Shown here: one piece after another, positions 38,667 through 48,398 of the stretch
Position numbering within the stretch: the stretch's first letter is position 1
How the letters are laid out: every line of letters starts with the position of its first letter
IMG/VR virus record: IMGVR_UViG_3300038393_001132
Location: 1-48,722 of that record
Origin: a virus
Lineage: Duplodnaviria; Caudoviricetes
DNA: 48,722 bases
Strand: one strand, 5' to 3'
The notes under the pieces: model-generated
Seen by the model: only the letters and a program-made list of their open reading frames with translations
Told to the model about the DNA's origin: nothing
Database searches by the model: none
Made by a program: the position numbers and the translations under genes

Positions 38667-39572
38667 ATGTTAGAACATTTGTATCAATCAGCTTACAACG
38701 CATATCGCGGAACTTCTTTTGATCCTGAAAAAAGAGCAACCCAAACCCTAAAAGATTATGAGGAGCTTTTGCAGGACGATTTAAACCAGATCGACCAAGC
38801 AACAGCAGAGGTAAAAGAACAGTACAAACAAAGATTTATTAATCATTTTTCCGCGTGGTTATCTTCCAGAAGTCGCATAATGTCCACAATGATAACCGGA
38901 GGCTCAAATTTTCCGGTTAGGAGGATGCAAAAATATAATAATTGGGAGCATAACGCTTACGAAAGATTTAATGATTTTAGAGAAAAAGCATTAACCGGCA
39001 TTAAAAAGCAAATTGAAAGAGATAGGCCAGAAGAAGAAAAAGAAAAAGAAAGATGGCAAAGTATTGAAAAGGAAATATTAAGGACAGCCGGAATAATTGC
39101 AGCTATTGACAACGGAACAGAAAGAGGACTTGCGCGCCCCTTATTCGTTAGTTCATTAACCGGATTTATTACCAGAATGGCAAAAAACGGACAAACCGAA
39201 CACGTTAAAAAGTCTTTAGAACTTATCCGCCAGATCAACAGCACCGGAAAACCGATAATAACAGAAAAGAATAGTATTTTTTCTTTATTGGAAGTAGCAG
39301 AGTCGGCAGAAGAAACAAAAAGAGACCAGGAAAATAAAGAAAATAAAACTTTTACTTTTGATGGTGGCGAAATTGTGATAAATTACGAAATAGACCGGAT
39401 TCAGATATTTTTTACCAACAGACCAACACGCGAAGAATTAACCGCCTGGAAAGCAAAAGGATTAAATTCTTTTAATTGGTCGCCCTCAAATAGCGCATGG
39501 CAAAGGAAATTAACAACCAATGCAATTTGGGCAACTGAAAGAATGATAGGTATTAAATTAACCACCCATTAA
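38667..39572 (+). CDS. Early protein of a family seen in phage/plasmid leading regions
   Basis: ATG at 38667; AYRGTSFDPEKRA, MITGGSNFP, RIQIFF..P, FNWSPSNSAWQRKLT motifs. Confidence 0.6.
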   Translation: MLEHLYQSAYNAYRGTSFDPEKRATQTLKDYEELLQDDLNQIDQATAEVKEQYKQRFINHFSAWLSSRSRIMSTMITGGSNFPVRRMQKYNNWEHNAYERFNDFREKALTGIKKQIERDRPEEEKEKERWQSIEKEILRTAGIIAAIDNGTERGLARPLFVSSLTGFITRMAKNGQTEHVKKSLELIRQINSTGKPIITEKNSIFSLLEVAESAEETKRDQENKENKTFTFDGGEIVINYEIDRIQIFFTNRPTREELTAWKAKGLNSFNWSPSNSAWQRKLTTNAIWATERMIGIKLTTH

Positions 39573-39595
39573 ACAGGGAAGCAAAATTTAAAGCA

Positions 39596-42500
39596 ATGAA
39601 AACAGAAATTTACAAAGGTCATACAATAGTTTTTCAGCATGGTTTTTACTGGACTTTAGGAACCATGTTTAAAACCATGAAAGCTGCTAAAACTATTATT
39701 GACGAATTAATAGAAAACTAAAATTATGAAACATTACACAGATCAGGAAGTTTTGAAGTGGGTAGAATCACAAGAAACTTTATTTAAATCACTGTCACGT
39801 GGTTTTGGTTATGAGGCAATACAGGCACGGCTAAAACTAAATGAGATTAAAAAACTCACACCAGAAGAAAAAATGAAATTTGGCCGCCTGAATTTAAAGA
39901 CTATTCGAAAAGAAAGATTGTATTTAGATCAACTACCAAAATAAAATTTATAAAAACTAAAATCATGAAAATTTATCAAGAAGAAACAATTTACCCTGTG
40001 GGAACAAAAGTAAAAGTAATTAAAGCTATTGATGAAACCTGTTTACCTGAACAAATAGGAAAAACAGGTGAAGTAATAGAACTGAACGCCAACGGAGAAA
40101 CAGGAAACTATGAAGATTGCCCGCTTCATATCGTTAAGTTTAGCGACGGCAGCGGACATGATGGCTTTTGGTTTGAAGAACTAACCATATTATAAAAACT
40201 AAAAAAAACAATTATGAAACAGGAAAACAAAACTTACAAAATTCAAGATCGCGAAGCCGGAAACGTAATTGAAACCGGATTAACTTTTGAAGATGCCGAA
40301 AGGATTCTAAAAGAGTTTGAAGAGAGCGACAAAAAAGAAGGAATTTATGAACCTGATTTTTACGAAATTAAAGAAGAAATTTAACCCACCAACCGGCAAG
40401 CATAAGAAGCCACAGCGCAGCCGGTTACTAATTAATCACAATTTAAAAAATAAAATCATGGAAAAAGAAATAACATTAACAGTAAGGTTTTTAAACAAGG
40501 TTCTTGCACCAAGAACCGGAAAAATATTAAGAGTTACAGAAAGTAACAATTCTTATTCTTATACTGGTGCAACAAAAAAAGAATGTATTGAAAAAGCAAA
40601 AAAGGCAATGAGATATAATTCTTCTTATAAAAAGACATGGAGTATTAACGAAACACCCGCCAATTAGACGGGTGCACTTGACAGCAAATCACAATGGAAT
40701 AAAGCCGGATAAAACCGGCAATATTCCTGATTTAAAAGCAAGATAGTAATTTTTAATCGAACCGTTAAGGAATTATTTAACAATCTAAAATTTATTACAA
40801 TGAGCACAAAAGTATCAAACAAAACAGCAGAAAGAGGTTATTCTTTCATTATTGACGGTAAGCACTTTCAAAAAGAAGAAATTTTTGAAGGCAGAAACGA
40901 TTCGAATTTCTTTAATGATATTGAAGAAGAAGTAAAAGACAGATATGGCAACAGGTTAAAGAAAATAGATCATACATCACGGATCATACATCTTGAATAT
41001 TAATTCTTTTTAATCGCACCAACGCCCCGAAAGGGGTAAGGAATTTATAAACCTTAAAAAATATTAAAATGCAAAAAGAAATTGTAAACAGAATAAAGAA
41101 AGTTGCAACTGAATGCTACTTGCATATGTACGATGTTACTGGGAATCATTCAGATAAACATAATTACAGGGAATGCGTAATTAATGCAATCGAAAATAAA
41201 ACCTCTTTAGAAAGATGCGGGATTCCCAAAAACCTTTCTGATGAAATACAAGAAATATGCACTAATGAAGATCAAAGAATTGCCTTCTTCGCTTTTCTCT
41301 TCACTGACAGAACCGGCAGAACTTTGAATGAGATTCTTTTAGACGCAGGTTTAACTTATCAAGAAATAGAAAAATTAGATAACGGAGAAATTTAATCGCA
41401 CCAACGCCGGAGCAATCCGGCAAAGGAAATTTATAAAAAGCGGCCGTATTAGAAGCGAATGAAATTCTATTCAGAAACATTGCTCAACTGATTGAATACC
41501 GTAAAAAAATAGCAACTGAAATTATTAATTGCAAAGACGAAGAATCTAACAAATACCTGAGAAGTGTTTATGAAAGTTGCGAATGGCACATAAAGGAGAT
41601 TTTAGGCCTTTAAGGTTAATTTAACAGTAAAACAAACAAAAAAAATGTATTACACAACCACCACCGCAACCGTTCAACCATGAAGCTACCAACCTTTGTA
41701 TTTATTGCGCCTAACCAGTCCGACCCGTCGATGGGTAGCGGTTTTATTCTCCACACGAAAGACCCTTACGAGTTAGGGCGTATCATTAAATTAAAACCCG
41801 ATCCCTACGCGATAACTAACTATAAGAACGAATTTAAACCTCTCATATATTCACAGGTAGAAAATTATTCTATTCTTATTGTATTTGCCGGAACTTTGGG
41901 AGGAAATAAAATAAGAGTAAACGGGCAAGATTGGGAAAGAGATTTACAGCATTTGTACGACCAAATGAGCTACTGGTTTTTAGATGAAAAGATTGCCAAC
42001 AATAAAGGGTATTATAAAAGATATATTATCTAAAACAAGAATTGGAATTATTATTTTAAACTATAAATTAAACAAAAATGAAAACATTATTAGTTCCAGC
42101 ATTTGATTATGAAAATAAATTTACTGGCTACAAAAAAGTAAAAGTAAAAAACAAATTAGACCACAAAGACGAAAATAAAGTACTCGGCTTTTTGCCTGGT
42201 ATTCCCCAGGGTTATTGCCCTGCGTTATCAAAAATAACAGAAACAAAAGAACCTATTGAGATAACAAGGTTTTATGATATTAGGCAACGAGGGGTAAAGA
42301 AACTAAAAAACTACTTTATAACTGTTCTTTAAAATATATAAAATGAAAATTAATTCAAAAAACCTTTTTGTTCATCTGCCAACAAATAAAATTTACGAGT
42401 GCATGGGTAATGATGAAGGGCATGTTTGGTACGAAGGAGAAGAAACAGAACTACAAAAATTTGATAGTGGTGATTGTGAAAAAATCCCTGAAATATTTGA

Positions 42501-42636
42501 GCCCGCGATATTTTTATTAAAAAAAGAAATTCAAGGTTGGAAAGATATAGCAGAATCAAATGCCTATGCCAATAAGTTGGCTTGCGAAACAATTTGGAGT
42601 TATCGCAGTAAACAAACAAAAACTACACATTTATGA
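39596..42636 (+). other. Cluster of small early hypothetical genes (39596-39721, 39726-39944, 39965-40195, 40214-40384, 40458-40667, 40800-41003, 41069-41395, 41680-42033, 42078-42332, 42343-42636)
   Basis: Co-oriented short ORFs with A-rich leaders; 39596 and 40214 are not in the ORF track, and 40458 corrects a start. Confidence 0.65.
41009..41437 (+). repeat. Two-copy intergenic motif with GNRA hairpin (41009-41051 and 41391-41437)
   Basis: TTTAATCGCACCAACGCC-hairpin-AAGGAA(A)TTTATAAA; hairpins CCCC-GAAA-GGGG and GCCGGA-GCAA-TCCGGC. Confidence 0.75.
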
Positions 42637-42836
42637 AACTTCAAAAGAAAGTAGGACAGAAAATAAAGAAGATACGACAGGAAAAGGAAATGAGCCAAAA
42701 GCAACTTAGCGACCTTTCCGAAGTCGAGCGAAAGTACATTTCTAATATCGAACAGGGGAAAGTAAATCTAACTCTTTCCACTTTAGAAAGACTTGCAGAT
42801 TCGTTAAACAAAAAAGTAAAAATTGAATTGGAGTAG
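42633..42836 (+). CDS. XRE-family HTH regulator
   Basis: IKKIRQEKEMSQKQLS...YISNIEQGKVNLTLSTLERLA. Confidence 0.9.
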   Translation: MKLQKKVGQKIKKIRQEKEMSQKQLSDLSEVERKYISNIEQGKVNLTLSTLERLADSLNKKVKIELE

Positions 42837-42931
42837 GTTTAGTATCTTTGAAGCCACTTAAAAATTCATTTAAAATGAAAAAAGAAAACGGACTAACGAG
42901 GTAACCTGACAAAACAGGTACTAAGTTAGTT

Positions 42932-43087
42932 ATGGCTAAAATTAAAGCCGGAGGTAAAGGTCAAAGAAAATATGGCCGCTCCAAAAGAAAAAATGCCGCT
43001 AAAGGCAATCCGATTTCACTCTTTGTAAGGAACAAAATTTCAGGCGAAGAGTATTTTAAACTTGTAAATCACTCCAAAAAGGGGTGA
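42932..43087 (+). CDS. Small basic protein
   Basis: 51 aa MAKIKAGGKGQRKYGRSKRK..., not in ORF track. Confidence 0.5.
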   Translation: MAKIKAGGKGQRKYGRSKRKNAAKGNPISLFVRNKISGEEYFKLVNHSKKG

Positions 43088-43094
43088 TTTTTTT

Positions 43095-43141
43095 CTATAA
43101 CTATAAAGTTTTTTCCTGAAAATCTAACCGTTGTTACTTTG
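43095..43141 (+). promoter_or_regulatory. Putative late promoter of groEL
   Basis: CTATAACTATAAA...ACTTTG spanning 47 bp; ATG 4 nt downstream. Confidence 0.7.
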
Positions 43142-43145
43142 TGAA

Positions 43146-44705
43146 ATGAAGCAAAAAATCATTTTCGCAAAGGAAGCAAGGGAAGAATTGCTAACCGGAA
43201 TTAACTTAGCCGCTAACGTTGTGAGAGTAACTCTTGGCCCAAGAGGGAAAAATGTTATCTCCCACGTAATACATGGGGGCGTAAGATCAACCAAAGACGG
43301 CGTTTCAGCCCTCAACGAAGTAAGACCGGATAATCAACTACACAACGCGGGTGTAAAAATCATTCGCCAGGCTGCCCAAAAGACAGCCGACGAAGCGGGT
43401 GATAGCACCACTTCTACTACTATTCTCACTCAATCCATGTGTAATGATGCCCACGAAGCTCTGAACGCCGGGAGAAGTTCAGTAGAGCTAAGAAAAGAAA
43501 TCGAACAAGCTACCCTAAAATGCACAGACTGGATCAAAACTAACGCTATCCCTATTGCGGGAGATACCGAAAAAGTGCGAGCAATAGCCACTATATCAGC
43601 TAATAATAATTCCGAAATAGGAAATCTTATCGCGGACGCTTTTAAGGAGATTGGCGAAACCGGCGTTATTACGCTGGAAGATTCCAAATCTGACAGGTCG
43701 TATATTGATATTTTGGGAGGTTATCATCTTCGCAGAGGTTGGGTAAGCCCTTATTTTAAGACAGACGAAGTAAAAAGTGAATGTGTGTTAATCGATCCGC
43801 TTATCCTCCTCTACGATAAGAAAATATCTAAAGTCGTGGACTTAATGGAAGTTCTAAAATATACCGTTCGCGATCCCTCTAATCCTCAATCCCTTCTAAT
43901 TATCGCGGCCTCCTGCGAAGCGGAAGCTCTCGGAACCCTCATCTACAATAAACTAAAGGTCGGGATGAATGTTTGCGTCATCCAAGCTCCCGAACAGGGC
44001 ATGAAACGACTGGAAGTAATGCAGGACATCGCGATATTCACCGGAGGGCAGGTGATCAGTGAAGACCAGGGAACCGCCCTTGATAAACAAAACTTTAAAC
44101 CGGAGTTCTTAGGCACGGCCAGTAAAGTAATCGTAAAACAGGATTCCTGTGTGATAGTTAACGGACAAGGCAACCCAGACAAGGTCGAAGAACGTCAAAA
44201 GCAGATCAAAGAAATGATAAGTGAAGCCCCCAGCGACTACGAAAAAGAGTACCTAAGAAAAAGAGCCGGCAGCATAGGGCGTGGTGTAGCAGTTCTTTAT
44301 ATCGGTGCTCCGACTGAAATCGAAAAGGGCGATAAAAAAGACCTCGCAGAAGACGCGATTTTAGCAACCCGTTCAGCCATCGAAGAGGGATTTCTTCCCG
44401 GAGGCGGCGTAGGTTTTATTCGTTGTGCTGAAACCTTTAAAGAAGATAACATCGTATTTAAAGCCCTCTATAAACCGTTCCTTCAGATTCTCGCCAACAA
44501 CGAAGAAGCTAACGACATCCTAACGAAAGTAATCGAAGGAAAAGACGACTACGGATATAACGCTTTTACCGGCCAGTTTGGAAACTTAATTGAACAGGGC
44601 GTTATCGACGCGGCCAAAGTCATACGTTGTGCTATTGAGAACGCCGCTTCTGTTGCTGCTCAATTCTGCGCCACTGAAGTCTTAATAAGTGAGATTGAGG
44701 ATTAA
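43146..44705 (+). CDS. groEL: Phage chaperonin GroEL (Cpn60)
   Basis: VTLGPRGKN, TKDGVS, AGDSTTSTT, ATISANN, EDAILATRSAIEEG, PGGGV, GVIDAAKV; no GGM tail; ATG at 43146. Confidence 0.95.
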   Translation: MKQKIIFAKEAREELLTGINLAANVVRVTLGPRGKNVISHVIHGGVRSTKDGVSALNEVRPDNQLHNAGVKIIRQAAQKTADEAGDSTTSTTILTQSMCNDAHEALNAGRSSVELRKEIEQATLKCTDWIKTNAIPIAGDTEKVRAIATISANNNSEIGNLIADAFKEIGETGVITLEDSKSDRSYIDILGGYHLRRGWVSPYFKTDEVKSECVLIDPLILLYDKKISKVVDLMEVLKYTVRDPSNPQSLLIIAASCEAEALGTLIYNKLKVGMNVCVIQAPEQGMKRLEVMQDIAIFTGGQVISEDQGTALDKQNFKPEFLGTASKVIVKQDSCVIVNGQGNPDKVEERQKQIKEMISEAPSDYEKEYLRKRAGSIGRGVAVLYIGAPTEIEKGDKKDLAEDAILATRSAIEEGFLPGGGVGFIRCAETFKEDNIVFKALYKPFLQILANNEEANDILTKVIEGKDDYGYNAFTGQFGNLIEQGVIDAAKVIRCAIENAASVAAQFCATEVLISEIED

Positions 44706-45922
44706 AGTTCATTTGCTACATCTTTTAATTCCCTGTGATTCCTTTCTTCTTGTCCAGGAAGGTAACGAAGAGTAATAACAGGGGTTGAATGTCCGGCTGC
44801 TTCCTGCGCTTCCTTAATTCCTTCTTTCGTCCTGCTGTAATAAGCTGCGATTTCATCTAAATTAGAGTGTTTTAAAGAATACAGATCTGCCGTAATTCCT
44901 AATTTATCTTTCATGTGTCGTTTCCATCTTTTAGACGGCGCTTCCGCACTTAGAGGTTTATCTCGGAATTGAGGACTTAAATTTAATCCAAAAATATACT
45001 GCCCTTTTTCTGCTTCGTTATAGATTTGTTCCCAGAATGGTAAAGCTATCGTTTTAATGGTTCGTAAAACTTCTTCAAATTTCTTTCCCTTTTTGACTAC
45101 AATTTTAAATTTTTGGTCGTACAAATAAATGTCTTCTTTTTTGACCTTTAAGAGTTCGGTAATCCTGGAGCCGGAATGGTAGAAAATCTGAATAAATCTG
45201 TAAAAAGTGTACAACTCTTTTTTAGTGAACTCTTTTAGTTCGGTTCTTTGCTTGGGCGTGGTGGTCTCACGGATCCTTTTTAGTTGTGGCTTCTTCTCTA
45301 TTTCCCTCACGGGGTTCACATCGATTACGTCCAACTGCACGAGTTGTTTAAATAACAAAGAGAGATACGTCCTATATCGATTAAACTGATAAGCGCCCCA
45401 CTTTTTATTTTTAGTCTCTCCTTTTTTATTCGTGTACGTTTTTATTTTACCACAACCTTCGAGGATTAGTTTGATGTGCTTTCTTTTTACGTCCGAGATA
45501 GCAAGCCGATCGAAGTGAAGTTCCTTAATTGAGATAATGATGTACTTAAACGAGTTGGTAACATCTACTTTTGTCCTATGCTCCATTTCTGCGTTTTTCA
45601 GTGCGTAGTTCAGGGCACTTAAAAGTCCGGTGTATTCTGTGATCTCCGTTTCTTCCTGAAAACTTTTAGCGATGGGATTGTACCCTTCCTTTAAAGATTC
45701 CAGTTCATCCTTAATTAATTTTCGGGTGTACGATTGTTTTTCTTTCAAAGTTTCCAGGTGGTTCATTCCTTTGATGGAGACCTGTTTTTTTTGTTTCAGA
45801 TTATCATCGTAAAACCAATAAGTAATGTACCACTTGATATTAACTTTTGCTGATGGAGATTCCCAATTTTCGGGATGAACTGAAAATTTCCCGATCCTGC
45901 AATGATTGATTAGTTCCTGCAT
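44702..45922 (-). CDS. int: Tyrosine integrase
   Basis: GSRITEL (catalytic R), KKGK, YSLKH, AGHST, TLRY; adjacent to attP. Confidence 0.9.
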   Translation of the reverse strand: MQELINHCRIGKFSVHPENWESPSAKVNIKWYITYWFYDDNLKQKKQVSIKGMNHLETLKEKQSYTRKLIKDELESLKEGYNPIAKSFQEETEITEYTGLLSALNYALKNAEMEHRTKVDVTNSFKYIIISIKELHFDRLAISDVKRKHIKLILEGCGKIKTYTNKKGETKNKKWGAYQFNRYRTYLSLLFKQLVQLDVIDVNPVREIEKKPQLKRIRETTTPKQRTELKEFTKKELYTFYRFIQIFYHSGSRITELLKVKKEDIYLYDQKFKIVVKKGKKFEEVLRTIKTIALPFWEQIYNEAEKGQYIFGLNLSPQFRDKPLSAEAPSKRWKRHMKDKLGITADLYSLKHSNLDEIAAYYSRTKEGIKEAQEAAGHSTPVITLRYLPGQEERNHRELKDVANEL

Positions 45923-46169
45923 TTTGTTAGTCTTTTTGTTAGCGTTTGCAAATTTTTATCTTTTTTATTTTTCTTAAATTCTTGAAAGCCTTATCCCTAT
46001 TGACTTTCAGAAGAGCGGAAGACGGGACTCGAACCCGCTACCTACAGCTTGGGAAGCGTCAGGTAGTGCCCTTTACTTTTATTAAGTGATTGATTTTCAA
46101 TAGTTTTATTTTTTCGCTTCCCTGTTTTTTACTCATTTTTGATGGATTTTGTTAGCGTTTTTGTTAGCG
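45922..46169. mobile_element. attP: tRNA-Gly(CCC) 3' half core with arm-type repeats and IHF-like site
   Basis: Core about 46013-46057 (minus GCTTCCCAAGCTGTAGGTAGCGGGTTCGAGTCCCGTCTTCCGCTC); TTTTGTTAG(CG) pairs at 45922/45934 and 46147/46159; WATCAANNNNTTR match at 46083-46095. Confidence 0.85.
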
Positions 46170-46260
46170 CCTAAATCCTCTCTTATATTTCTTTTTTTCA
46201 TTTGATTTTTTGTTGTAAAACTTTTTTACTTTGCATCCGAGAAACTAATTGCGTTTTTCG

Positions 46261-46356
46261 GAAAAGACAAAAACTGGTAATTTTTAAATCACTCCCGAAG
46301 ACGAACGCTAAGGCGTAGGCTTTTGGAGTGAGGGCGATACCAGTTGCCTGTCTTTC
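46261..46356 (+). ncRNA. Candidate rod-shaped small RNA
   Basis: Nested stems AAAGACA/TGTCTTT, AACTGGTA/TACCAGTT, TCACTCC/GGAGTGA, ACGC/GCGT; TTTG...TTACTTTG upstream. Confidence 0.55.
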
Positions 46357-46477
46357 ATCTGTCCCGCGCCTTTATTTCCCAATTAAAAACTAAAATATTT
46401 ATCAAAAAATTGCTAATGTTATTAGTAAATTGCGTACCTTGCTTTAAAACTTATTGTGATGCCGAAAAAGAAAAAAT

Positions 46478-46927
46478 CTAAGTCAGTTGTAATTCCTTTG
46501 TCTTATCTTGAATTAAAGAGTTTACCAACGCTAACAAATTATCAGAAGTCGTCTTTGCGAGTTGCCCATTCTGTTTAGCCAGGATTTCAGCTAAAGCAGA
46601 TAATATAACATCCGTTTTAGCGTCCATCTTTATAATCATTGCGATCGTCTTTGATTCGTAATCTTCTATTGTAACTCCGGGGTTATTGAACATATCCCCG
46701 ACACCTTCTAATATGTAATCGGTAGAAACTCCGTAATTGCCTGAAAGCAGGTTTAATAATTCAGTGGTCGGCGCTGCCCTGTTTTTCTTCATCTCTGTAA
46801 TAGAGCTGGCAGATTTATATCCTAATTGTTCTGAAATATCCCTATCTCCCGAAATTTTTTTTAAATTTTTTAATTTATTTAAAACCTCTGAAAGCCTTTC
46901 TCCTATTGAGTTTGGTAGGTTGCCCAT
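46478..46927 (-). CDS. CI-like repressor (HTH, no S24 peptidase domain)
   Basis: DRDISEQLGYKSASSITEMKKNR...YGVSTDYILEGVGDM; divergent from the Cro-like gene. Confidence 0.8.
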   Translation of the reverse strand: MGNLPNSIGERLSEVLNKLKNLKKISGDRDISEQLGYKSASSITEMKKNRAAPTTELLNLLSGNYGVSTDYILEGVGDMFNNPGVTIEDYESKTIAMIIKMDAKTDVILSALAEILAKQNGQLAKTTSDNLLALVNSLIQDKTKELQLT

Positions 46928-47023
46928 ATGTTTTTAAAAAATTATTTTTGAATAATTACAAAAAAAATTTGGTTAATTGAATTTATTTTGTACTTTTACA
47001 AAAGCAATTCAAAAAACACATAA

Positions 47024-47260
47024 ATGAAAATCAAAAATAACATAAAAAGTACGAAAGTAAGAAATAGGAAAATGGAATTAGTAGATAAAGGTGAAATAAA
47101 AAATTGGAATAATCTATTTTCTTTATTTGGATATAAAAAAGACTGTTACAGAAAGACCGGCGTTGCTCCTCAAACAATTAAAAGAGTTCTTATTCAAAAA
47201 AAGGGTGTTGAAAGTGTTATTTCTTCATTAAGAAAATATTACAACGAAAACTCATTATGA
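47024..47260 (+). CDS. Cro-like HTH protein
   Basis: YRKTGVAPQTIKRVL; divergent from the repressor. Confidence 0.55.
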   Translation: MKIKNNIKSTKVRNRKMELVDKGEIKNWNNLFSLFGYKKDCYRKTGVAPQTIKRVLIQKKGVESVISSLRKYYNENSL

Positions 47261-48393
47261 CAGAACAACAACAACAAAACAAGTTACGGTCTATCAATGC
47301 AATGGCTAAGTTGTTGGTGAAAGAAACTGATGATCTCCTTATGATTAAGACCAGGATAAAACCTAAAACAGATTTAGAAAAGGTATTAGAACGCAGACGA
47401 TTAACCAGACTAAAAAATGACACTCACAAAAACATTTGAATCACTCTCTCACGATTTGGGGCGTTCAACCTCCATTTCAATCACTGTTTATTACGACCCA
47501 AAAGACGGGAATTATTCTCTCGAAAGAGCTTCATCTTACTCCGAAAGAGACAGAGTAGTAACAGACCTGACCGAACAGTTCGAGAATGTTCCCTTTAATA
47601 ACATTATCGATCAGATTGACTGGAACGAAGTTTATGCCGAAGAAATGGCAGAAAGAGAAAATTATGAAGAAGTAAATTATTAAAGATGAAAATAGGCAAA
47701 ATAAAAGAATTAAAGTACGCGAAGAGAAAAAGGAGATTAAGAATTTCCGGCAAGTCAAGAAACATTAACCATAAAATTCATTAAATGGACACCTTACTAT
47801 CAGACCGCGCTATTTTAGAAAAGGCTATTAAGTTTCAAAAAGAAACAATGGATAGATTAATGAAAGATTTCAGATTTCATAATCACGAAGCCAACAGAAT
47901 TCAATTCACAATAGAAAAGATGCGGGGTGAATGTGATAAAAACATGGAACGCCTGAAAGAAATTGAAAGAGAGATAGAACAGGTTCCTACACTTCAAAGA
48001 CAATTAGTATGAGATACATTTCTTTTAAATACGCTGTTCCTTTTGTTGATTCTTACGGAAACTTCTGTATAAGTTGGGAAGGGGAAGTATTAAGGGTTGA
48101 TGGTGTAACAGATCATAATTCGTGGATAGTAAAAAGATAAATTATGCACGTAATTACGCCATCCGACCTTAAGAAATTCCAGATAGAACATTATTCCAAA
48201 CTACTTGAAAAACCGACCTCTGAACCACACGAAAAATTTTTAAAACAACAATTAAAACTGCTCAATGAAAACAACAATAATAATTCTCTTTTCCGCCTGC
48301 ATAATATCGTTCGTGATAGCTGCAATACTGGCTTTAACTGCGAAAAAAGAATTGAAAGAAGATGAAAATGAAATAAGAAATTTTAAAAGTTAA
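47257..48393 (+). other. Early lytic operon small hypothetical genes (47257-47439, 47417-47683, 47785-48012, 48009-48140, 48144-48365, 48265-48393)
   Basis: Co-oriented, translationally coupled short ORFs downstream of the Cro-like gene. Confidence 0.55.
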
Positions 48394-48398
48394 CAACA

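Noticed and set aside
41437-41613. Open frame KAAVLEANEILFRN...ILGL
   Set aside because: No canonical start codon after the in-frame stop; may be a decayed gene but is unsupported.
46013-46070. Complete tRNA-Gly gene
   Set aside because: The 5' acceptor strand, D-arm and most of the 5' anticodon stem are missing; treated as the attP core.
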